Below are positions 38,624-50,834 of a stretch of 64,000 nt of DNA, one piece after another (within the stretch, counting starts at the first letter, position 1; the number at the start of each line of letters is the position of its first letter). The notes beneath the pieces are model-generated. The model searched no databases. It was not told where the DNA came from and worked only from the letters and a program-made list of their open reading frames with translations. The DNA is taken from the NCBI RefSeq assembly GCF_021869535.1, contig NW_026262679.1, forward strand, positions 99,944,001 to 100,008,000, read 5' to 3'. A program made the translations under genes and the position numbers. Source of the DNA: Mytilus californianus. Lineage: Eukaryota.

Positions 38624-39014
38624 TTATGAAGCAATTATAGAAACGCACTGATGGGACTTGACTACTGTTCTAATTTCATCCTCACTATCGTCTTCTCCTT
38701 TAAAAGTAAGATGACACAGCTGCTGTGGCCCCGTTTTTTCTTGATTTAACTTCACTCGGCTCTAATGGTCTTATTACATAGCGCGACTTTGCCAGATTGC
38801 GTTTTATCACCGACGATATAGCTGCAGCATATTCTCTCTTTAAGTTTCCAACCTTTCTAGAGCCATGGTAAATTGCAACTGCATTTGAGTCATATTTGTT
38901 TAACGGCTCTGCCTCCAAATGATAATTACAACCAACCGAAACTTCCCGTCTACCGTAATGATGCATACCAACTGCCAACAATGGTCTGATTGTGAACTGT
39001 TTCATTTTGGTATC
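38624..39014 (-). pseudogene. Stand-alone HIRAN-domain ORF carried inside the transposon, one frameshift
   Basis: MKQFTIRPLLAVGMHHYGRREV...YHLEAEPLNKYDSNAVAIYHGSRKVGNLKREYAAAISSVI matches the HIRAN pattern (EPxNxYDxNA...KxG); removing one A from the run at ~38734-38739 extends it to GPQQLCHLTFK...IIAS* (stop 38624). Confidence 0.7.
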
Positions 39015-39059
39015 CTGGAATACAAAAAAAAAATCAAAAGTCTAAAGTCATTTGTATCA

Positions 39060-40898
39060 ATAATTTGAGTAATACACAGTTAATAGCAAAATGGACACGA
39101 TACAGTACTGAGTAGAGATATATGTTGGTATGCAATTTGCATGGAATACACAGCTGCAAAAACACACATAAACGCAACATTGGATTCGGTGACGATACGT
39201 AGTCACACAAAACATTGGAATACGTCACCGCATGTGTTTGATTTTTTCAATTGTTTCTCATTCTTTGCTGTTTTACTTTTAATTTGTTTCAGTCCTCTCA
39301 ATCTTTTCATTTGTTCCTGTTTAGCCTTTTTTGTTTCCTCCTCAATACTTTTCTCTGTTTTTCTTTTCTCTCGAAGCTCCTTTCGTTTCAACTTGTTTTT
39401 CTCGTCTTCCTTTTTCTTTTTTTTCCTTTGAGTCGAGCTCTTCCTGAATCTCTTTTGTTGATAAAATCCTCGCTTTTCCGTCGCCTTTCTTCCTTTTTGT
39501 TCTACCAATTACATCTTTTGTTTTTGGCAAGACCAAGACCGAAACCAGATCGTCTGGAATTAGTCCAGCTTTAACTAAAGGATGAGATGATGGTTCAGGA
39601 CAGTAGGATGCTTGTACATTGAGAGATGAGGACGACACTGAATTTATACTTTCATTCGCCACATTAATTGGCAAAGTAGAATCGCTTGACGAACTAGACA
39701 AAGTACATGAGATCTTCAGGTTTTTCCATGTATGAAATACAACGTCACCCTTTATCATCGTATTGCTGGAAAATGCATTCTCATATTTACGCTTCTTACG
39801 AGGTGTCAAAGCGAATTCAATTGCTGACAATGCTAGTTCTGGTGGACATGTAGTTGTTCTAGATGGCTCAATTTCGTTTGACGATTTTGTAGCCTCAGAG
39901 TTAGTGTGGATTATAGGAGATAAAATACCGTCGGAACCAACTTCTAGGTCCATGACGGTTGTTACGCCCGTGTTACTTGTAGATGGCATCGCTGGTACTA
40001 TGTTATCTGGCTCGTTTTTTTCTGTATTAGATGTGCTATTGTCCTCAATAGCTGACAGTTCGGGTTCGTTCGTTGGTTCGTCCTTTAAAGACAAATCAAG
40101 GTCATCCGGGTTGACATCATTGCCCCCTCTGAACAGCAAAGTCTTGTCAATCGCGTTGGGATCAAAAGGATATATGCCACACTTTTTGAATCCTTGTGTA
40201 ATGCAGGCCATAGTGAAACTTCTCTCAAATATTACTTTAAAGATTGAGCTAACGTTTTTCTTTGATACCCACAGGTCGGTTTTAAGCATTTTCGCATTAC
40301 TAACTTGTTTTGCGGTTTCAATTTTCATATTTTTGTATACTGCTACATCCAAAGGTTGCAAAATATGTGTTGTTTTAGACGGTAGGTAAAGAAGAATGAC
40401 GTCATTCTTAAGAGCACTATCAATGAGCATCGGGCTGATGTGAGAGATAGCACCATCTTGCAATAGCATAATCGGACGTTCCTTTACACAGTGCTACAAG
40501 AAGACTTTTTCAAACCACTGAAAATATGTTTCCTTGTCCATGAAACCGCTGTCTGTTGAAGCGTATGCGGCGTTGATGGGCCCGTTATTATGGTATGCTC
40601 CTCCCGGGTATCCACCACTTAAGATAGGCATAGGTGGTAAAGAGTGTCCTGTGGCATTGACGCAGCAATGTACCGATATATGCTCACTTGTTGCAATGCT
40701 TATGGAATGAGCATGCTGGAAACGTTTTGGTACAACGACACGTTGACCAGAGCTTTTGCTTAGACTAAGACCTGCTTCGTCGCAATTATATAACCGTTCA
40801 GGCTTGTCCTTTCGATCATTAATTTCAAGAGTTGATTTAAGGAGCTTACAATAGTATCTCATAGTTTCAACATCTCCCAAAATGGGGGGATATGCCAA
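39060..40898 (-). pseudogene. pogo/Fot-like DDE_1 transposase, with C-terminal K/E coiled coil and possible PHD relic
   Basis: YNCDEAG, LPPMPI, GFMD...WF, LLQDGAISH, LPSKTTHILQPLDVAVY; 35 residues between the second and third D; one in-frame TAG at 40494-40496; no N-terminal HTH found. Confidence 0.85.
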
Positions 40899-41943
40899 AG
40901 AAACAACACAACCAAGGAAATAAAACTAAAGGCAACGAAAAAAGCCCAATCATAGGGACAGTTTAGTTGGACGTTAACGACTTTAACAAAACAGTATGAC
41001 AGTTCAACGAAAATATCCGCCGAACAAATCAATAAAGAACTAAGTCTAATGATAAGCAAGACATAAACCGTTTTCCGGCATGTCTGGTGTTTGATATCGG
41101 CGCATGCGGCAAATATCATAAACACTAGACAATAGACAATATTTTTTTTACTCAAACTCATTTACAGTAAATGGTTAAGGCATGACGAACATTTTAATCA
41201 TCATATATTAATGTTTTGTTTGAACTGTTTTCGACTAAGATAATACAATACTATTTGGTAACGATTCTAAAAAATAACACATGGTAAAAACAGATCCTAA
41301 AACAAAGCCTGTTTCCGGCGTAGTAATAAAGTTCCTTTAATTTTTTGGGGAAAACAGGTTTAACAAATATTTCCTCTACAAGACGAACAGACGGACTGTT
41401 GACATAGGAAAAGCTTCTTAACGATAATGTGAAGTAAAAGACGTTATTTGACTATTTTCTTGTATATTTGTGACGAATTGTTGGACATAACTATTGGAAA
41501 TAATTGGCAGACTTTAAGTCGTCAGTATCGTCTTAAAGTCGTCACCTCAGTTTCAGTCTATTTTTGGCTTGTTTGATGAAGTTAGGGAATTCCGTTTTTT
41601 TTTTCTAATTCAAGACAAACTATTTTTGGATAGAATGAACTTGGAAGAATTACGTCACTTTTCAAAATGGCATCGTACGGTACCATCGCCTAAAACATAC
41701 AAAATTTCAGGAATGCGTCGCCCAGCATGCCATCAATACCATTTTACCAAGGCCCCAAACATCCGACAATGGAGGCTACATGAACCTTAATTCTAATAAA
41801 GCAATAATAAGGAATAAAAATAGATAATTACGGCTTCAAAATAAACCGCTTCTGAACTTTGCCTCGTGTTGTATTAAGCGAGAATAACGCGTGATTTCCG
41901 GACGACGACTTTAGGCCGGTGACGACATAGGGACGGTGTACGT

Positions 41944-42560
41944 TACTCTACACTATACAACAATAATCAATTAGTGGCAAGATATAACCATTATAGAATA
42001 ATTTTCTGCAGTCTAGATTTAGAAATTTCTTAATCTTTAATAGTAGATATAGCCTAGATGAAATTTTTTAGCAGATCTCATCAATTTGGTTTGTCCATGT
42101 GAGGGAAGGGTCAGTTTTCATGCCTAAGAGACTTTCACATGTGCAAGATTGTATCACTTGATTGTTAATAGTTAAACAACTCTCATTGTAATGTGGCATT
42201 GCTTTTTGCTTTGTTCCAATAATCATATATTTTGTTTTTTTTTTATCTGTAAGAAATGGTAGTATGAATATCTTTTTTGATATAAGTGGAATCTTTTTCT
42301 TTTCTAGTTAAACAAACTGGATAATGATCACTTATTGAGAATTTAGCAACATGTGATTCTAGTATCAAATCTTTATTGGTGACATAAGCATGATCAATTA
42401 GTGTACTAGAATCAGGTGTAACTCTTGTTGCTTCTTGAATTATCTAGTTGAGATTATAGGTTTCTAATAAACTTAGCCATTTTTGTTTATTAGGTTTCAA
42501 AAAATCTATATTAAAATCACCAACTAGAATAATAGAATAACTATCAAAGAACGTGCTGCT
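41944..42560 (-). mobile_element. CR1/L2-group LINE, upstream part (APE endonuclease plus RT piece, internally deleted)
   Basis: IILVGDFNIDFL...TRVTPDSSTLIDHAYV...SDHYPV; then KTKYMIIGT...LTWTNQID...RKLFYNGYILPLIDYCCIV, continuing into 38190. Confidence 0.8.
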
Positions 42561-43974
42561 AATCATAATAACACCATGCTTTTTCATATCATGAATGATA
42601 TAAACATATATCGGGTTTGCTACGTTGGAGCTTTTCCTGAAATAACCTCATCAGGACAACTAAAAGCTCCCCCCTTCCCCTCGCCCACAAAAAATGTAAA
42701 ACTGAAAAACTGAAAATTTTTATTATATGCTATTTTCCGATTATTTGGGTTATTACTGTATTGTTTAATTGTTTTGCCCCAAATTGTATGATAATTTGAT
42801 CAACAGAAAAATCAAAACAAAGCAATTAAAGTAAATTACATTTCTTAACAGAAAACATCAAATAATTTTTTTTATCGTAATGTTGAATAAATAAGTTACT
42901 ATGGAATAAATAAATTACTCTAGGAAGCCCATTGCAGAAATCAGTACTATTTATCTATACATGTAAGTCTATCATGCATGTGATTTATTGAAATACAAAA
43001 GGTAATTTCGAAAGAAAGTTGATATCCGTACGATCTTCAACGATGCAAATGGTATGCGATCAATATCGGAGTATAACATATTTGCCCAAAAGGTACTAAA
43101 TTGTGTATTTTGACTTTATCGAAAGTTCTTTAGGCCAGTAATGAGCATTTCCATTTGCGGAAACTGATATGAAGTGCCAGAACAGAACAAACCATTTCAT
43201 TTTATGTCTATATTTTAAGTGTTGGAAAACAAATGATTGTGTTTATTTTGTTTTCAAGAAGAAGAAAGAAAAACCATTTTTGCTTTGCTCAATTATTTTC
43301 TCCTTTAGGTTGTAAAATTAGATTAAATGTCACTAAATGTTCATTATCTTCGAAAAACAAAGTTGAACAAAAATACCAAACTCCAAGGCAAATTCAAAAA
43401 GGGGAAGTCCATAACAACTGACAAAATCAAACGCTGTCAATCAACGGAACAAGTTAAAAACAACTGCCATATTCCGATGTATAGTCGAGGCCATCATGAA
43501 CCTCTGATGTATGTTTTTGGCAACGAAGAAAATTTATATTTTTCAATTTCAATTTATAAAACAGATTTATAAAAAGATCAAAGTTCTGAAATAGCTTATT
43601 TCTAATTCAATACACAACAAACTTAATGTAACTGATGTGAAAAATACAAACCGTGATATCCGGTTAGTATTAGAAACAATAATGTCTGATGTATGTTGTG
43701 GTTTCTTTTTTCTGATGTTTTCTATATTTAAAATAAAATGTCACTTAGAAAACATATCCACATATATAACAATAACTTTGGTCAATCACCTTTTATGCAA
43801 TGCAGTTTGGCATCATGTGAACCTGAAATTATTGTGATTCCCAGATCGGTTATTAATGTCATCACTAAAGTTGAATAAATAGTTCGTTCAGCCTGGTTAG
43901 AATAAATAAACGTGAATACAAAAAGAGATATGGTTTATATGTAAACGATATAGCAATCGCGAATCGCACAAGAT

Positions 43975-45075
43975 CCATCTTGATACAATTTAACACTTAC
44001 CGTTACCTCAAAATGATAGTTTTGCTACAAATAATCAAGAATTCCATAATTATACTAAATTAACTCAATGGACCATACTTTAAATAAATCTAATATCAAC
44101 AGCAATAACTGTCCTTTTTTAGATTTGGATATCTCAGTTTCACACGGGAAAATCAAAACAAAAATTTAAAACAAAAGAGACGTTTTATTCGTCCCCTATA
44201 TTGTTAATTTCCCTTTTTTGGCGGTGGTGTTCCTTTAGTCCTTTTTTACCGGTGTGTATATTTTCCAACTCGTTCGCTATGCCGAGTTGTGTTTTTAGTG
44301 ACGTTTTAGATTTCAATGAACGTAATCTATGTTTAACTAGTAAGATCTCTGAATATTGTTTTTATCTGTACTAATATTGTTTTTGATAAATTAAAACACA
44401 ACTAAATATGTATTGCAATACATGAATAAAACTTGTGGTCCTACATCCTGCCGATATTATGTACTTATATTTTTTTGCATTGCTCAAGGTCATGCTTTTC
44501 TCAGACTGTTTCTGAAGTCTTACACTAAACCAATTTGGTGTGTACTGATTGATCATTTAGTATGGGAGAAAACGATTTATTGGCTTTGAACTAACTTTCA
44601 GTAACTGGTAGTACTCTTAGATCGGTACTATGTGTCTTTTGTCTTTGTGATAGTTGTTTTTGTGCTTTGATCCTATCTGATGAGTTAAATCATTTCAAAT
44701 TGATTTTTACAGTTTGTTCTCATGTTGTGCTGTTACGCCACTATACAAGGTTGTGGGGAATGGTTGAACGCTCACAAACATGTTTAACCCTGCGACATTA
44801 TCTGTATTTGCCTCTCTCAAGTCCGGAACCTCTAATTCAGTGGTTGTTGCTGGTTGTTGTCTGTCATATTTGCTTTTTGTTTATTTTTTTTTGTTATAGA
44901 TTATTCCGCTGGTTTTTCATTTGAATTATTTCATATTCGACATGTCTCTTATAGCTGACAATGCGGTATTGGGATTGCTTATTGTTGAAGGCCGTACTAT
45001 AACCGTAAATCCGCTTTATTTGTTCGATTATTGTCTCACTGGCAATCAATACCGCATCTCGTTATTTTATAATTA
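43975..45075 (+). mobile_element. Old Naiad-related fragment (RT C-terminus, 3' UTR, tail), a different subfamily from copies 1 and 2
   Basis: TLNKSNINSNNCPFLDLDISVSHGKIKTKI...VNFPF..GGVPL...QLVRYA; the UTR is colinear with 11020-11400. Confidence 0.7.
44496..44572 (+). promoter_or_regulatory. Degenerate SECIS homolog
   Basis: cUGAA-GUCUUACA-CU-AAA-CCA-AUU-UGG-UGUGUAC-UGAU with helix I UUUUCUC/GAGAAAA; same position and flanks as the other two SECIS; AUGA reads CUGA. Confidence 0.55.
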
Positions 45076-46890
45076 TATTTTGACAAAAGTCAGGATACAA
45101 CAGCAGTATTTAATAGATACGAAAACTCGTTAGCATTTTTTTCATTATGAAGTGCATAATATGGAGTTGTCTTGTATTTTAATACAAAAATAACCAGGAA
45201 ATTACTTGACAAACAATAAAAATAGTACCGTATTAGATGACTCCAGCTCTATTGCGCATGACCATATATGAACAGGTGTCTTACATTTGTACACCTGACT
45301 TTAAAATGGTCGAAATTCTATAGACATTTTTTTTTTAAATTAACCTTACACTACTGAATATATGTCATAAACTGAAGACTGTATGTAAGATTTCGTTTTG
45401 ATATTTGCGTTTGGTTGCTGTCTCATTGGCGTAAACATCACATCTCCTTTTATTCAGGGAAATGTTTTCTTTTTCTGCTTCTTCTCGACCGTCGAATTTG
45501 GCGACAAAATGACATGTTTAGGTGTGATATCTATGTAATTTAAACTACTCAAATAAAAATTTTAAAAAATCCTCTTATGGTCATCTTATATTCTTTTTAA
45601 TTTTTAAATGTGTTGTAATTTATTTGAGTACATTGTAGTGTTGACGTCGGACGTAGAAGTTCCTCACTTCCAATCCTAGACGTAAACGACATCGTGTCTT
45701 TGGATCTTGCTTCGTACTTGAGTACAAATCATAAAACTTCTGTCTAAAATGTCCATTTTCATTTAAAACGAACATTTCTCAGCTGAGAATGCGATCGGCA
45801 TTAATCACTTGCAAAAAAAAGCTGATATTGCAAAAGGAACTATTTATGATATAGGACAAACTTGTAATGAATCAACAGTTTAAGTACAGTAAACCTCTAG
45901 TGTCTGTAATTCATGACCTAACTTATTTTCTTAAAAAGAGCGACCGTTCATGTCTAATGCTTACTGTCATCATAAATATGGTAAATTCTATTTTACAGAA
46001 AATGCGTCAGCTAAACTACTTTATGCTTCTGTGAATGTTGTAGTATCTCACGTTTTGTAGTTGATATCCGAATTAAAGGTAGAAATGATTATCTACTTTC
46101 TACTCAGACAAACAAAACTCTGATTCTATCCACACAAGGGGATAAGTACAGCTTCTGGTGATATCTTTTCCCGATTATGTAAGCCCCAAATTGATATCTA
46201 AATATTTCAACCTTAATAACAGTGACATTTCCTATATTGATGCAGACTTTGCAGTCGAATTCTTTAGAAATAAATAAGCTGTTGGTTTGATAGAAAGTAC
46301 AATTGGTAATTATCTAAAACCCGGAAGTCAATTATTAATATGTGCATCGAAAGACATACGAGGAACCATATGATTGGCCGTTTTTATGACTGACTTACTC
46401 TGAAGAACCGCTACCACTAAAGCGGCTTCCGTTTGCAATTAATTGCTTATTGGAAAACAATGTTTAAAGGTTACATGTAATATATATGAAAACACATTTA
46501 CTATAGCAAAATGCATATGACATTTTACCTTATTATTTTTATTCTTAATTATTGATCTATAATTGTTCCATTTATTTGTTTCATCTGACAAATGTAGCAC
46601 AATCATATGATTTAATTGCCTTTGTTTCTTAGATGAGTTTTGTTATTTATTAAAGATATTGAGGACTTTGTGACAGCACTACCCGTATATTTTTCACTTT
46701 TGTAAACAATCTTATAAGTACATGTAGCCTGTTTACAACTCGTCCTTCAATCTCTGTTGGGTAAATGTCTTATTGATAATCATACTTCATCTCCTTATTT
46801 TTGTTATTTTTGATCATCTGGCTATACTGACAAACGAGATTCGTTTATCATGAAAGGAAGTCTAAAACGTTATATAGATGACTTTCCATT

Positions 46891-47089
46891 AGGGGGGGTA
46901 GGAGGGGTCCTGATCCCGAAATCCCGGGCTTAAAAACATGGAATCCCGAGGTCCCGAATTTAAAAAAATTTAAATCCCGACACCCCGAAATTCGAAAAAA
47001 GAATTCCCGGATCCCGAAAGGATCAATCCCGAAATCCCGAGCTTAAAAACACCGGATCCCGGAGTCCCGATAAAGGTCCTACCCTCCCT
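46891..47089. mobile_element. ~200-bp MITE-like element made of (A/G)TCCCGA repeats
   Basis: 13-bp TIRs AGGGGGGGTAGGA / TCCTACCCTCCCT (12/13); flanking 8-mers TTTCCATT / CTTCCATG may be an aged TSD (hAT-like, tentative). Confidence 0.6.
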
Positions 47090-48468
47090 CTTCCATGCAC
47101 ACATCCTTAAAGATAATTTGTTCAAGAACCTCAAAATTTTGGATCTGAAAGACAATAACTCTATATAGGTAAATAAATCAAAAGAACTCCGATTGGTTTA
47201 TTCGACTTTTAAAAAAGTACAACCAAACCACAATATGTGATTCTTATTCTAGCCTTGTAAGTTTAACATTAGGAAAAGTCGCTATATATCATTCGTCTAA
47301 ATGACAATACAATTGAAGATAATAAAAAATCTATCATACAATATCACGAGGGTACACTTCAAACGAAATGGAGTAAGACCAGGTCCGGCCAGCATCTCCA
47401 GCTACGTTTAATTCACATTGGGACTATCATTTTTAAGATTGTCTATAAATGATCCAAGAGTTGGTTTTTTTTTCGTTTTTTTTTTAATTACAAATGTTTT
47501 TGCATTCTGCATATGCACATAACTATGAAAAATATTTAGAGACGTCGCAAGATAATGGTGTCACTAACCGTAACACGCTTACCCCGTTTTATTTTTTAGT
47601 AACGTTAAGAACAGATTTTTTTTTTTATCATTGTGACTTTCTAAAGTGTCTAAACGTCATGATTCTGGTAAAAAAAATGTCATTGTTAGCTTTAATTTTG
47701 GAACAGATAAAAACAACAGATGCAGCAGGTATAATGACCGTTTTTATTTAAGGCAAACTCGTCAGTAAGCACGGAAACCAAAGAACAGACGGACACTCGG
47801 GATTTCAACGATGGAACTGCTACTTCTATTTGTTCATTTTCCGGATCAGCTTCATTGCTTACCGATCTTCCCATCGTATGAATACGAATTAAACAACTTT
47901 GAATTGATTTAAGCATATTCCGCTTTTGTTTTGACACAAACATCACACGTAAAACATGAAAATAGTCTAACAAGAGGAGTCACTGTTTTAATTTTCCTGA
48001 ATGTTTGGAAGTTTTATTGTAAGTCATTTATTTGTATTAAAACCAGTGCGTTGTGTATATCACGTATCTCGACGTTCAAAACGTTAAAAATGAGCTCGGG
48101 GGACATTGGATCGGACACAACTGTTTATAGATATATTTTCAAACCGGATGACCGTGAGGGCATTCCGGTGTATTGCTGTCGCCTAGATTTCCATTACGTA
48201 ACTTTCGATTTGGGATTGTCACCAATCTATAAACATGCTAAATACGCGGACATTATTGAGTACAAAATAACATTCCTTATTGCTTGTTATAAATTCATTT
48301 TTTTAATGGATACTCCTAAAAATATCTTTTTTAGAACATAAATTAATAATTTGAAAATGTTTTGTCGTTAGAAATATATATATATATAAGTAAAAAATCT
48401 TTAATATCTATGCACACGTACAGAAAATGTGTGTTAACGCATGCGGAAGAATATTCAAAGAACGTTTG

Positions 48469-48536
48469 CAATCTCCCATGCAGAGTTATCGATACTCGCT
48501 TTCTCTCAAGGACCGATAACTCTGCATGGGAGATTG
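48469..48536. other. Perfect 23-bp stem with a 22-nt loop
   Basis: CAATCTCCCATGCAGAGTTATCG ... CGATAACTCTGCATGGGAGATTG. Confidence 0.9.
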
Positions 48537-50834
48537 AAAGTTTGGCGGGAAAATATGAATGCCAACTCAAATCCAATCTATTAGAAAAATCGAATTATTA
48601 CACACGAGTGTCCACCATGCACTTGCACTGCACTATTATTAACATAGTAGAATAGAATGATATACAAATGGATGAAAATTATATATACATGTAACTGTAA
48701 TATACAAATATTAATATAATATATAACAACAAACCAGAGTATACTGATTTGTATCACTTCAATATTATATTTATTACGGTGAGGTTGAATTCCCTGTCGT
48801 TGATTTATCATCCACGCACGAACTTGTCTTAGAAAAAAAACTATATCTGTACATTAACCTCACTTTCAGGTATAGAGATGTGATTTTTTTTCTGAGACAA
48901 GTGCTTGTGGCCATCCAAAAGAACTTGCAGTCATCCGATGTTCAGTTCTTCAGTACTTTGATTTTGTTCTGTAGCGCACTTTCAACATACTTGTACCAAT
49001 ATGTACTTGAGCATTGGTACTTTTTAAATCTAATGCAAATTTGAATCATAAATCTTGTTGAATGCAAGTTTTCTAGCACTGTGAATACACATGTAATGCA
49101 TCAACTTTCATTTTGTGTTAGGGGGACAAATCTTTGGACATCTATATAGTTTTCATACAAATTTAGTAGCACGAATTTCGTTTGAATTTTCAAAGTGAGC
49201 AAAAGTACAGTAAATGTACATTTTTGTGGTATAAAAACGTTATACTTGCGATAATTTTCTGAATAACAATTTTACTTTTAAGTCTGATATACTAGTAACG
49301 TTAAATTCGCAACATTGTTGATACGGGACACACTTCATGCGTCATCTGATTCCCGTAATTTTCGACTCTAACCGCGTTTGAAGGGAAAGCGAATATTACC
49401 AAATGAAGGTGTTATGACGTCCACGAACCGGGAAACAAACTAAGCAATTTGGCAGAAAAAAGAATCCACTACACTGGTTTTATATCGAACAGCATCATGC
49501 AAAATGTTACGCGGGACAGGACACAAATTACAATTTTACGAGCTTTGTACTATTATTTCTCATTAATTTATCATCGCACTGCATAATTCTTGCAATATTT
49601 AAAAAGAAAATAGAATAAGCTTTCTTTTGAAATATATCGCATGCTAGAAGTACATTTCTATATTAATACTGAAACATGTTTTAGAATAGGTAGAGCACGT
49701 TTTTCGAAGTAACACCAGTATTTTGCGACGTCTCCAATGAATTTGTCTTTAAAATTACAGAAAATATAAGAGTTTTACCATGAATTTTTGTGTCAAGCCG
49801 CTTGTATGTCGAATTTCTGTTAACTTACATCGAATGAAGATTGTTTTTGTGTTAAGCTCAGTCTGTACGACACAATTAATGGCATTCACATATTTCTTTG
49901 AATATTAATTTAAATACAAGAAGACATAGTGTTATTCCTCAGTAAGTACCGGATTTCTTGTTTGCATTTTCAGCCGATATTTTATTGTTTTTTCAACAAG
50001 TACTCTTTATGCTGCTAACAATTTATGTTGAAACATTTGAATTGATCGACTATTTTCTATTCTGGAATTGCACTTGCAAATGAAAGGAGAAGAAAACGAT
50101 TAATTCCCAGTCAACGCGTCTCTAATGTAACCATTAAGGTTAACAAATTGTATTTCAAATGTTTAGGACGTTTCATTTTATTGTGTAATGTCATTACTCG
50201 ACAAACTATTGGATATATCCGTAGGAAGCTTTTGATGTGATTCGTTTCCGTTCCTAATCAGATACAGATATTTTTGCGCAATGTGACGTCACAAATATAC
50301 CAGGTCAATTGATGCTAGTACAAGATGTGTACATTATTATCCACAATAGATTGAACAATAGCTGAAATGTTCCCGACGTAGCCGAGTTTGGGGTCTATTT
50401 AATATGTTAAAACGAATTTATTATTACTAGAAGATTTTTTGAATGGTTTTATTGCTTTGCTTACAGTGGACTTGTGGGGATTAAAGGACACATAAATAAG
50501 AGATGTACAATGTATCCAAACATTTATTTAGACAAATACTTGGTGACTACCACTTGAAAAATATACTGTCTGAATGGCTAGAATGACCAGAATTGAAAAA
50601 TATACCAAGACACATTACTTCACTGACACCCCCAAATTATGTTTGCTTCACATATGGTACCGAACATATAGGATATTTCACATTAATAACTATCTTGTAC
50701 AGTTTCAGATAAAAATGAACTTTTCATATCGAACTGCTTCACATATTGTACAAATCGCTTCGAGCTATTTCACAGATGGCATCAATTAATTGTGTAGAAC
50801 TGCTCTACATATAACATCGTTGTATCTGCTTCAA

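Larger units (their letters stand above)
38191..41943 (-). mobile_element. Fot1-like pogo DNA transposon, 3753 bp
   Basis: 24-bp TIRs ACGTAAATCGTCCCGAAGTCGTCA / ACGTACACCGTCCCTATGTCGTCA (20/24); TA at 38189-38190 and 41944-41945; the LINE frame rejoins across the insertion; DD35D transposase; multiple subterminal GTCGTC motifs. Confidence 0.85.

Noticed and set aside
39763-40389. 208-aa plus-strand ORF
   Set aside because: Antisense shadow of the transposase ORF.
40859-41161. ORF as the transposase HTH domain
   Set aside because: Hydrophobic, T-rich translation with no HTH or CENP-B features.
44677-44710. CTGATGA as a hammerhead or C/D box
   Set aside because: No GAAA partner with a stem II, and no intact box D.
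47740-48655. Protein-like short ORFs (MGRSVSNEAD..., MSSGDIGSD..., CVLTHAEEY...)
   Set aside because: No recognisable domain, no consistent splice pattern, and one overlaps the perfect hairpin; cannot be supported without homology data.
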